A stretch of DNA of 64,000 bases from an uncultured Candidatus Cloacimonadota bacterium (GTDB lineage: Bacteria; Cloacimonadota; Cloacimonadia; Cloacimonadales; TCS61), in assembly GCA_964604155.1 (NCBI GenBank), contig CAZRXY010000096.1, positions 5,592 through 69,591 of the forward strand. Reading direction: 5' to 3'. Of the stretch, positions 42,471 to 51,393 are shown one piece after another. Each line of letters opens with the position of its first letter. The first letter of the stretch is position 1. A model generated the notes under the pieces. That model was given only the letters and a program-made list of their open reading frames with translations. It was not told the DNA's origin and searched no databases. The position numbers were made by a program, and so were the translations under genes.

Positions 42471-45413
42471 TTGGGTGAAAGGAACTCACAGGTAGAGTTT
42501 AGACTGGTGAAAATAAAAAGTGTTTCCCTCAAACAACGTATTGCTATGCTGGTCTTTGTGCTGGCAAGCCTAATGATCTCGATCGTGGCTGCAATTACTA
42601 TTCTAAGTTACAAATCAAACAAAGAAAAGTTCATGATCCAGCAAAGCACGATCATGGCTGATCTATTGAGCGATCTTTCTGCCATTTCCTTGATAAATAA
42701 AGATAGCTTTTTAGAACCTTACCGCGTTCTGGAAAAATTAAGAAATTATACCGGCGTTTCCCAATGTATTATCTATGATAACACAGAAAAAATAATAGCC
42801 AAATATTTTATAGAACCCTCAATAAATCTCTATTCCGAAACCGTTTACAAAGATACTCTCTTCTTTAGACCCGATCGCTTAATTATCTTTGAACCTATAA
42901 CGTATAACAATGAAAATCTGGGTACACTCCTTTTGATTGAGAACACCGATGAATTATATTTAAATGTCCTTATATTCGCCACAAAAACCGGTTTTATAGC
43001 ACTATTACTCATCACACTTTCCTTTGTGATCGCCAAAAATCTAAAAAAAAATCTCGCAGACCCTCTGCAAAAACTGCTGGAAACCGCAGAATCTAATTCC
43101 CAGTTCACAGATTTCAATACCAGAATCGAAAAACAAAATCTCGATGAAATGGGAAGACTTTTTCATAGCTTTATCGCACTCCTGCGGCATTTGGAAATCA
43201 GTAAAGAAGAAAAGAAAAATTTAAAACAGAAAACTGAGGCAATCATCCAGGAATTAGAAGCGAGCCGCGGAGAAATAATTGATCTGATGCACTCTCTCGC
43301 CAGCGAAGTCGAAGACAAAAATAATGCCCTGAAAATACTGGAAGAAACACGCCTACGCCTCGACCTCGCTGTTTCCGGCTCAAATGACGGATTGTGGGAC
43401 TGGAAAGATTTAAATGATGATAAACAGTGGTGGTCTCCCAGATTTTATCAGCTATTGAATTATCATGAGCAAACCATGAAATCAACCCGCAATAACTTTG
43501 TAAAATTGATTCACCCGGCTGATATTAATAAAGAAATGGAACTATTCAAAGACCATCTGGAAAATAATACACCATACAATATCAGGCTCAGATTACTAAA
43601 CCAAAACAAAGAATACAGATGGTTCCACCTGCGAGGACAAGCTCTCTGGGACGAATACCATAACCCAGTCCGCATGGCTGGCTCTTTACACGATATTCAC
43701 GAACAACAGAAATTGAAGGAACAGTCTAATTTTCATATCCGCGAACTTGAAATCATTTCTAATCTTACTTTCAGGCTCAATAAATCTGAAAATACCTCCG
43801 AAATCTGTGAGCTCCTGGGAAACGAAATCTTTATTCTGAACCCCGAAACTTATCTTCTGATTACCCTCTCCGACCCTCAAACACAAAAATTGAAAATTAA
43901 ATGTCTGAAAGGCTTTGATCCATATTTGCCGGAATTGAATAAAATACTCGGCTTAGAGCTTACAAATATCGAACCGGAACCAATAGATTATAACCCCGAA
44001 ACTAGCGATACAAATCTCAGGCAGTTACCGAATAATATCTGTGATTTCTTTGGAGCTGCCCTGCCGCTCACCGTGTGCCGGCTCTTTACCCGATTCCTGG
44101 GCGTGGAAACAACCTGGCATATTAATTTTAAAATCAATAACTCTCATTCATGCGGTGTGACAATCCTTGCTAAAACCGCTGAGCCACTTCATCACAAAAA
44201 GGTTATTGAAACTATCACCAGCTTCTCCAGTATTGTGATAGAACGCATAAATACTCAAATCCAGCTCAAACGTGAGCAGGAATTTCTCAACCTCGCAGTT
44301 GAAAGTACCGAGCTTGCTACCTGGGAACTAAATATTGCCACCGGAAAAATTTCCGGTAACGATTATATGTTCACCATCCCAGGATATAAGCCATTCTTCA
44401 AGGAAATCACCTTCGAATACTGGAAAAAACTCGCCCATCCCGATGATATTAACCGCATTCTTCAGGCGATTGATGATCACTTCCAAGGTAAAACTAAAAA
44501 CTATAAAGCTGAATACAGGATCAAAACCCAGTCTGGTAACTGGAAATGGGTGAGAGCTCAAGGTAAAGTCGTCCAAAAAGACAAAAATAATAAACCCCTC
44601 AGAATGATAGGCAGCTTTATCGATATCGATGACAGCAAAAAAAGAGAGATGGAATTCAAAAAATTGAATGAAGAACTGGAAGAACGTGTCTATGCCAGAA
44701 CTGCTGAACTGGAAAAATCATACAATGAATTAGAAGAATTTTCTTACACTATCTCACATGACCTTAGAACCCCGCTGCGGGCTATCGGCGGCTATGCAGA
44801 AATTCTTCTGGAAGAACAAAAATCTGAACTCAATTATGATGGTGTCCAGCTTCTGGAAATGATAGGATCAAATATTCGGTTTATGGGAAATCTCATCGAT
44901 GATCTTCTGCAATATGTTCGACTCAGTAGATTGACCTCAGATATGGCTGAAGTCGATCTCGGATTGATCGCCTGGAACGCCTATAGACACCTGCAAATCG
45001 GAGAAAAGAAAAAAGATATTGACCTCATAATTTCTGACCTTAAAAACGTGACAGGCGATGCGGCACAGCTAAAACTGGCATTTACGCACTTGCTGGAAAA
45101 TGCCGTGAAATATAGACACCCGAACCGCAAACTTAAAATTGTGATCGGGAGACAAAAAAAAGAAGATGTGTTTTTTTATTATGTGCAGGATAACGGAATA
45201 GGTTTTAATATGGACTATGCTCAACATATTTTTCAGATTTTTCATAGATTGCATACTATTGATAAATATGAGGGTACAGGAGTAGGACTCGCACTGGTTA
45301 AACGCATTATTGAAAAGCACGGTGGTGAAATTTTTGCCCGAAGCGAACCCGATATGGGCACCACTTTCTGGTTCTCACTGCCCGAAAGCGCCAGAGAGAA
45401 AAATATTACCTGA
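42471..45413 (+). CDS. Membrane sensor histidine kinase (periplasmic sensor-HAMP-PAS-PAS-HisKA-HATPase)
   Basis: Two TM segments flank a ~130-aa extracytoplasmic region. HAMP-like linker and two PAS_3-like units (GLWDWKDLNDDKQWWSPRFYQLL; ATWELNIATGKISGNDYMF). Classical H-box FSYTISHDLRTPLRAIGGY and G-boxes DNGIGF / GTGVGLALV. The start is uncertain: TTG at 42471, GTG at 42507, or ATG at 42546. Confidence 0.88.
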   Translation: MGERNSQVEFRLVKIKSVSLKQRIAMLVFVLASLMISIVAAITILSYKSNKEKFMIQQSTIMADLLSDLSAISLINKDSFLEPYRVLEKLRNYTGVSQCIIYDNTEKIIAKYFIEPSINLYSETVYKDTLFFRPDRLIIFEPITYNNENLGTLLLIENTDELYLNVLIFATKTGFIALLLITLSFVIAKNLKKNLADPLQKLLETAESNSQFTDFNTRIEKQNLDEMGRLFHSFIALLRHLEISKEEKKNLKQKTEAIIQELEASRGEIIDLMHSLASEVEDKNNALKILEETRLRLDLAVSGSNDGLWDWKDLNDDKQWWSPRFYQLLNYHEQTMKSTRNNFVKLIHPADINKEMELFKDHLENNTPYNIRLRLLNQNKEYRWFHLRGQALWDEYHNPVRMAGSLHDIHEQQKLKEQSNFHIRELEIISNLTFRLNKSENTSEICELLGNEIFILNPETYLLITLSDPQTQKLKIKCLKGFDPYLPELNKILGLELTNIEPEPIDYNPETSDTNLRQLPNNICDFFGAALPLTVCRLFTRFLGVETTWHINFKINNSHSCGVTILAKTAEPLHHKKVIETITSFSSIVIERINTQIQLKREQEFLNLAVESTELATWELNIATGKISGNDYMFTIPGYKPFFKEITFEYWKKLAHPDDINRILQAIDDHFQGKTKNYKAEYRIKTQSGNWKWVRAQGKVVQKDKNNKPLRMIGSFIDIDDSKKREMEFKKLNEELEERVYARTAELEKSYNELEEFSYTISHDLRTPLRAIGGYAEILLEEQKSELNYDGVQLLEMIGSNIRFMGNLIDDLLQYVRLSRLTSDMAEVDLGLIAWNAYRHLQIGEKKKDIDLIISDLKNVTGDAAQLKLAFTHLLENAVKYRHPNRKLKIVIGRQKKEDVFFYYVQDNGIGFNMDYAQHIFQIFHRLHTIDKYEGTGVGLALVKRIIEKHGGEIFARSEPDMGTTFWFSLPESAREKNIT

Positions 45414-45435
45414 TTATTAATGAGGAGATTTATCG

Positions 45436-47469
45436 ATGGAAGTTCATAATTTGAAAATTCTTCTGCTAGAAGATAGCGAATCAGATGCAAAATTATTAAA
45501 AAGATACCTCCTGAGAAAGTGGCAAAACCTCCATCTGGTAAGACTCTTTAATAAAGAAGATTTTAAGGATGCTCTTAAAAAAGATAAATGGGATATAATA
45601 ATCTCTGATTATTCCATGCCACAATTCACCGGACTGGAAGCCCTCGAAATATTAAAAGAAACGGGCTTTGATATCCCCTTCGTGATGGTTTCCGGTAAAA
45701 TGGGCGAAGAAGTGGCGGTGGAAGTTATGAAAGCAGGTGCCCAGGATTATATCATAAAAGACAAACTCGCCAGAATAGTGCCCACTATCGAACGCGAACT
45801 TAAAGAAGCACACAGCAGACTGCTCCGCATTCGAGCAGAAAATGCCCTGCAGGAATCGGAAATTGCCTGGAAAACTACTTTCACTTCCATTGCTGATGGT
45901 ATTTTGATTCTTGATACTGATGGCTGCGTTAAGCTTTATAATCAAGCCGCCCTTAATATTATCGGAATTCCGGAAAAAGATATAATTGGCACGAATTGCC
46001 GGAATTTGTTGAAAACAACTGAACAAAAGCCCGTCGAATGCCCATTTCTTAAACTAAAAAAAAGCATGAAGCGTGAAATCGAAGATGTCTTCTATAATAA
46101 TAAATGGTACGAGGTTAATATCGACCCCATTATCAATCAGAAGGGCGAACTCACAGGCGCCGTGCACATTATGAAAGATATCACTCCTCAGATGAGAGCC
46201 AATCAAATTCAGAATACTCTATACAACATCTCTACGGCAGTAAGAACCGCCGGCAATCTACAAGAACTCTTTCATAAAATTAGAGATTATCTCTCAGGTA
46301 TTATCGATACTACAAATATTTATGTGGCTCTATATGATGAACAGAGTAACAGACTATCCCTGCCTTTTATTGTCAGCAATAAAGAAATTCTCACGGCTAT
46401 CCCTGCAGGAAAAACACTCACCGCTTATGCACTTAGCCTCGGAGTCCCGCTTCTCCTCTATTCCGAAGATATTATTAATCTGGCTAATCAAGGTGAACTG
46501 GAAATAATTGGAGAAATGGCTGAAGTCTGGCTCGGCGCGCCACTTAAAACTGCTTCAAAAACTATCGGAATTCTGGCTCTGCAAAGCTATTCTGATAAAA
46601 ACCTCTATGATCATGATGACCTCGATCTCATTACCTTTGTCTCAAATGAAATCGCTCATGCCATTGAACGGAAACAGACCGAAGATAACCTCCGAAAGGC
46701 AAATAAAGAACTAAAAATTATGCACCGCGATCTGGAAATTAAAGTAGTAAATGCCGTCGAAAAACTCCGCGATAAAGACCATATCATCATGGAGCAATCA
46801 AGACAGGCTGCCATCGGTGAACTGGTCTCCAGCATCGCACACCACTGGAGACAACCCCTTAATAATATCGGTATCCTGGTGCAATCAATAGAAGAAGCAT
46901 ATAATTTTGATGACCTTGATGAAGAATTTCTGCGAAAAAAAATTGACGAAACTATGACTATCCTCAAAGACCTCTCCAAATCAATCGATGACTTTAGATT
47001 CCTCTATAACCAAAACGAAACTATCACCGATTTTGACGCTATCCAAAATCTAAAAAATGTCATCAAACTGATCAAAAGCAAATTCGAAAGTAATAATATC
47101 ACTATCAATACCGATTTCATAGGCGATTACCTGATCTGCGCCTACCCATCATACTTTGCCCATGCTCTCCTGAATATCCTCACTAATGCCTACGAAATTC
47201 TCCTCGAACGGAAAATCCCCCAACCCACTATTACTGTCCAATGCAAAATCATCGATGATCGCCTCACCATCAATATCTCCGATAATGCCGGCGGAATCGA
47301 TCCCGATATTCTACACAGAATCTTTGATCTCTATTTCTCTACCAAAAAAGGATTGAATAATACAGGTATGGGACTATATATGAGCAAGCTGATCATCGAA
47401 AAAAGCATGTCCGGAAATATCCAGGTCATAAATCACAATTCCGGAGCAGAATTCATCATCACACTATAA
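45436..47469 (+). CDS. Hybrid sensor: N-terminal receiver (REC)-PAS-GAF-histidine kinase with AHHWRQPL H-box
   Basis: REC: ILLLEDSESDAKLL...DIIISDYSMPQFTG...VMVSGKMGEEVAVEVMKAGAQDYIIKD. PAS, then GAF (IYVALYDEQSNRLSLPF...WLGAPLK...GILALQSY). DHp SSIAHHWRQPLNNIG, and HATPase ISDNAGGI / NTGMGLYMS. It starts 23 nt after the upstream kinase. Confidence 0.9.
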   Translation: MEVHNLKILLLEDSESDAKLLKRYLLRKWQNLHLVRLFNKEDFKDALKKDKWDIIISDYSMPQFTGLEALEILKETGFDIPFVMVSGKMGEEVAVEVMKAGAQDYIIKDKLARIVPTIERELKEAHSRLLRIRAENALQESEIAWKTTFTSIADGILILDTDGCVKLYNQAALNIIGIPEKDIIGTNCRNLLKTTEQKPVECPFLKLKKSMKREIEDVFYNNKWYEVNIDPIINQKGELTGAVHIMKDITPQMRANQIQNTLYNISTAVRTAGNLQELFHKIRDYLSGIIDTTNIYVALYDEQSNRLSLPFIVSNKEILTAIPAGKTLTAYALSLGVPLLLYSEDIINLANQGELEIIGEMAEVWLGAPLKTASKTIGILALQSYSDKNLYDHDDLDLITFVSNEIAHAIERKQTEDNLRKANKELKIMHRDLEIKVVNAVEKLRDKDHIIMEQSRQAAIGELVSSIAHHWRQPLNNIGILVQSIEEAYNFDDLDEEFLRKKIDETMTILKDLSKSIDDFRFLYNQNETITDFDAIQNLKNVIKLIKSKFESNNITINTDFIGDYLICAYPSYFAHALLNILTNAYEILLERKIPQPTITVQCKIIDDRLTINISDNAGGIDPDILHRIFDLYFSTKKGLNNTGMGLYMSKLIIEKSMSGNIQVINHNSGAEFIITL

Positions 47470-47680
47470 TTGCTTGTGGTTGTATGAATTGAGGGGCTTG
47501 GTGACATTAATGGTAGCTAATTGGTAATATTGTAGTTACAAAGGCTATCCCGAGCAAATTTTAAAAAAAAATGCACTGAAAAATGTCTCATCTCGTGAAA
47601 ATTCCTAATTCGGCAGGCATGAACCAGAGAGATAGCACATATACCAGCTAACATACAAAGTCACTTAACTCTATATTTAT

Positions 47681-47830
47681 GAATGAATTGCCCCGAGCTT
47701 CAGCTCCGGGATCATCTAACCCCAAGCTAAAAGCACGGGGCTATTCATTCAACATTCAACATTATTCCATCGCCCCTGCCGGATGTTTTTTAAGCTAAGA
47801 ATAAGAAAAATTTCGGGGGTATACCAGTCT
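47681..47830 (+). repeat. Repeat family A, compact copy (70-nt TIR-bounded unit 47681-47750 plus ~80-nt conserved flank), sense-upstream of the REC-kinase gene
   Basis: The termini gaatgaattgccccg (47681-95) and cggggctattcattc (47736-50) are 14/15 inverted repeats. The interior and flank align with 30651-30687 and 29775-29920 in reverse complement. Confidence 0.75.
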
Positions 47831-47916
47831 GAGTCAAATAAAAGGTTGACTATATTCAGGTGGTTAGGTGTTTGGGTAAGAATAGTTAGTGTGGGCAAAG
47901 GAGTAGCAGGAAGCGT

Positions 47917-50900
47917 GTGATGAATAGAAAGCTAAAGGTCTTGATGCTTGAGGATAATCCATCGGATGCGGCTTTGATATTGCGGGAATTGCGTAAAGTG
48001 TGGGACGTGATTTCTAATGAGAGGGTTTATGCTGCGGATGATTTCAAGAGGTTGTTATATTCAGAAGATTGGGATTTAATAATATCTGATTATTCCATGC
48101 CTCAATTTACGGGTATAGATGGTTTACATATTCTGAAAGAGAGTGGCTTGGATTTACCATTTATCATGGTTTCGGGGACAATGGGAGAAGATGTAGCGGT
48201 CGCGGTGATAAAAGCAGGTGCTCAGGATTATATATTGAAGGATAAATTGCACAGATTGATACCGGCGGTTGAACGGGAATTGGCAGACAAGGAATTGCGT
48301 TATAATCACAAGCTGACGAGTGAGGCACTATATGAGAGCAAGGCTCTTAGCCAGGCGGTGATAGAAGGTTCTCCGATAGGGATTTCAGTGAGAGACAGAT
48401 TTGGCACTTTGATCTTGAGCAACAAATCCTGGCAGGATATCTGGGGTTTCACAGATCAGCAAATAGAAGGATTCAGAAAGAAGCGGAATAAATTACATTT
48501 TGATGAATTAGATGAGTATCTGGGTGATTATAAGAGGGAATTGCTGCAGATATACCAAGGTGGAAATGAGCTGCTATTACCGGAGATACGGCTGAAGAAA
48601 AGTTCTCATTATCAGGCGGAATGGATATCACAGCATTTTTACTCTCTGAAGAATAAGAAGGGAAATACAGAACGCGTTGTAGTACTCACGGAAGATATCA
48701 CAAACAGGAAGAATAATGAAAAGCGGCAGGCTTTATCACGCCGGATTTTGCACATCCTTAATAAGCAGGGCGAATGGAATATAATTCTAAGGAAAATTCT
48801 GCAAGAAATACAGCAAGTGATGGAATATGAAAGTCTGGCAATCCGCTTATCAAGAGATGCTGATTATCCCTATATAGAGACAGTAGGCTTCACTGAAGAT
48901 TTTCTAAGAACAGAAACCTTTCTGAAGGTGGGATTTTCGGGAGAAAAAGCATCAGAGATTCCCCTTACAGGTAAAATGAACTGTTTCTGTGGCAAAGTGA
49001 TAGAGGGTAAATTAGGCATTGATAAGAGCTATTGCACGGAGAACGGCAGTTTCTGGACGAATAACTTAGGTGAGTTGGCAAAATCAAGTGAATTTATTAA
49101 TCAGGAATTTATCAGGCATTCCGGCTGCATACGAGAAGGTTATGAATCCATAGCACTTATCCCGATGATAGCGGGGAGCGAAGTTGTGGGCCTAATCCAG
49201 ATCAATGATCGTATCCCAAATATATTCACCAAAGAGATAATAAAATATTTAGAAGAAATAGGTTCAACATTGGCAATGGCCTTTCAGCGAATCCAATCTG
49301 AGAAACAATTAAAAAAGAGCGAGAAGCAATTTCGCAGTTTATTTGAAAATACCATAATGGGTATATTCCGTCTTTCAGATACGGGTAAGATATTGATGAT
49401 GAATCCATGCCTGCTTGAATTACTGGGATATTCGAGCATGTCGGATTTCAGCAGCTGTGTGGGATCGCCGGCGGATGATTTCAGGCGGATCACGCGGAAG
49501 CTATATAATAATACAAAGTTATTATCGGGTAATATCCAGCAATTTGAGGCAAGTTGGACGCGTAATGACGGCGAAAACGTTTATGTGAATATCTCGGTGA
49601 AGGTTATCAAGGACGAGCAAGGGAAGCTGATGTATCTTGATGGCACGATTGAGGATCAAACGGATGAGACAGCCACCAGACGTGAATTAATTGAAAGCCG
49701 CGAACTGTATCGCAGCCTGGTGGAAAAGGCAAATGTGGGGATAGTTACAGATGATGTAAATGGTGAGATAACCTACTTTAATAATACTTTCGCCGAGTTG
49801 TTTGGATATTCCTCTGAAGAGATGTCTCTTCTAACCTATAAAGATTTATTTCATCCGGATAACATTGAGATGATGAGATCATACCACAACCTGCGTATTG
49901 ATGGCAAGAAGGCACCACCCCATTATGAAATGCGCGGAGTGAAAAAAGATGGCAGTAGTGTATTTCTGGAAATATCTGTAGATCATATCATGGATGGAGA
50001 TTTTAAGATAATTGGCACGCGGGCTTTTCTCTGGGATGTAACGGAGCGAAAACTGGCAGATGCCATCCAACTGGCGCTTTATAACATATCTATGGCGGTA
50101 AATTCTACAGAAAACCTCAAGGATTATTATTTTCAAGTGAAAAAACATCTCAGTACCGTGATAGACACTACGAATATATTTGTAGCCATGTATGACAAGG
50201 ATAAGGATGAGCTGAGTTTGCCCTTTGAAGTGGATGAGAAAGATCATTTTGAGACATTTCCGGCTGGTAACAGTTTAACTTCCTATGTAATCAGACAGGG
50301 CAAGCCGATGTTATTCACCGAGGAAGAAGTGGATAAACTGGCAGAGCAGGGCGAGATAGACTTGATAGGCAGCAGTGCGAAATTGTGGCTGGGAGCACCT
50401 CTGAAGGTTCGTGGAGAGATTATCGGCATGATCGTAGTTCAAAGTTATGATAATCCTAATCTATATTGTGAGAATGATTTGAGGATTTTATCGATAGTTT
50501 CCAATGAGATTGCATCTTCTATAGATAAGAAACGGGCAGAGGACAGTTTATTGGCAGCTCATGACGAGCTGCTGATATTGCATAAGAGTCTTGAGCAGAA
50601 AGTGAAGCAGGCGGTGGAGGAATCGCGGAAGAAGGATTATCTCATCATTCAGCAATCACGTCAGGCGGCAATAGGGGATATGATATCCAGTATAGCTCAT
50701 CATTGGCGTCAGCCTCTTAACATCATTGGGGTAACCTTTCAGTCATTGCGTGATGCCTACGATTACGATGATCTCACCAGTGAATATATGGAAGAAAAGA
50801 CGCGTGTAGTGGTAGATAATCTCGATTCCTTATCGCATATGATAGATGATTTCAGGAAATTTCATCATCCTGATGAGGTTAGCGTAGATTTTGATCTTCG

Positions 50901-51327
50901 AGAAACTGTATTATCGACTATTTACACGGTAAAAAGCAAATTTAGCAACAGCGGTATAGACCTGATCACGGATGTGAATGAGAGCAAGATGCTGCATGGA
51001 TTCCGGAGCGGCTATTCTCAGGTGACCTTGAATATTCTAACTAATGCCTATGATATTTTGATAGAGCGGGGAGTGAAGAACCCTAGGGTGAAAGTGAAAT
51101 TAAAGATAAATTCCGATAAGACAATTTTATCGATCAGGGATAATGGCGGCGGTATAGACCCCTCGATCAGGGATAAGATTTTTGATCTTTATGTGTCAAC
51201 TAAACCTAATTTGAATAACACCGGTATAGGTCTATATACATCAAAATTGATCATTGAGCAACAGATTGGCGGGAAGTTATATGCCATAGACCATAGTGAT
51301 GGAGCTGAATTTATCATAGAAGTGTAA
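47917..51327 (+). CDS. Hybrid sensor: REC-(GAF-like)-PAS-PAS-GAF-histidine kinase with AHHWRQPL H-box, paralog of 45436
   Basis: The REC is ~60% identical by eye to that of 45436 (LIISDYSMPQFTG...IMVSGTMGEDVAVAVIKAGAQDYILKD). DHp SSIAHHWRQPLNIIG and HATPase IRDNGGGI / NTGIGLYTS. Start is GTG 47917 or ATG 47920. Confidence 0.9.
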   Translation: MMNRKLKVLMLEDNPSDAALILRELRKVWDVISNERVYAADDFKRLLYSEDWDLIISDYSMPQFTGIDGLHILKESGLDLPFIMVSGTMGEDVAVAVIKAGAQDYILKDKLHRLIPAVERELADKELRYNHKLTSEALYESKALSQAVIEGSPIGISVRDRFGTLILSNKSWQDIWGFTDQQIEGFRKKRNKLHFDELDEYLGDYKRELLQIYQGGNELLLPEIRLKKSSHYQAEWISQHFYSLKNKKGNTERVVVLTEDITNRKNNEKRQALSRRILHILNKQGEWNIILRKILQEIQQVMEYESLAIRLSRDADYPYIETVGFTEDFLRTETFLKVGFSGEKASEIPLTGKMNCFCGKVIEGKLGIDKSYCTENGSFWTNNLGELAKSSEFINQEFIRHSGCIREGYESIALIPMIAGSEVVGLIQINDRIPNIFTKEIIKYLEEIGSTLAMAFQRIQSEKQLKKSEKQFRSLFENTIMGIFRLSDTGKILMMNPCLLELLGYSSMSDFSSCVGSPADDFRRITRKLYNNTKLLSGNIQQFEASWTRNDGENVYVNISVKVIKDEQGKLMYLDGTIEDQTDETATRRELIESRELYRSLVEKANVGIVTDDVNGEITYFNNTFAELFGYSSEEMSLLTYKDLFHPDNIEMMRSYHNLRIDGKKAPPHYEMRGVKKDGSSVFLEISVDHIMDGDFKIIGTRAFLWDVTERKLADAIQLALYNISMAVNSTENLKDYYFQVKKHLSTVIDTTNIFVAMYDKDKDELSLPFEVDEKDHFETFPAGNSLTSYVIRQGKPMLFTEEEVDKLAEQGEIDLIGSSAKLWLGAPLKVRGEIIGMIVVQSYDNPNLYCENDLRILSIVSNEIASSIDKKRAEDSLLAAHDELLILHKSLEQKVKQAVEESRKKDYLIIQQSRQAAIGDMISSIAHHWRQPLNIIGVTFQSLRDAYDYDDLTSEYMEEKTRVVVDNLDSLSHMIDDFRKFHHPDEVSVDFDLRETVLSTIYTVKSKFSNSGIDLITDVNESKMLHGFRSGYSQVTLNILTNAYDILIERGVKNPRVKVKLKINSDKTILSIRDNGGGIDPSIRDKIFDLYVSTKPNLNNTGIGLYTSKLIIEQQIGGKLYAIDHSDGAEFIIEV

Positions 51328-51352
51328 AACAATATCTGGAGAGAGATGATAT

Positions 51353-51392
51353 AAAAAAACCCGGAAGCAAGTGCTTCCGGGTTTATTTGTTT
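51353..51392. terminator. Bidirectional intrinsic terminator between the kinase gene and the giant gene
   Basis: aaaaaaa-cccggaagc-aagt-gcttccggg-tttatttgtttg. A 9-bp GC-rich stem (51360-68 / 51373-81) with a tetraloop, flanked by an A-tract and a T-tract. Confidence 0.75.
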
Positions 51393-51393
51393 G

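Noticed and set aside
42445-42495. A 16-codon upstream ORF (MNFVFVFYNWVKGTHR*) with a good RBS ahead of the first sensor kinase, considered as a possible leader peptide.
   Set aside because: It is too short to support without conservation data, and it overlaps the uncertain start region of the kinase. It is noted only as a reason why the kinase start (42471, 42507 or 42546) is uncertain.
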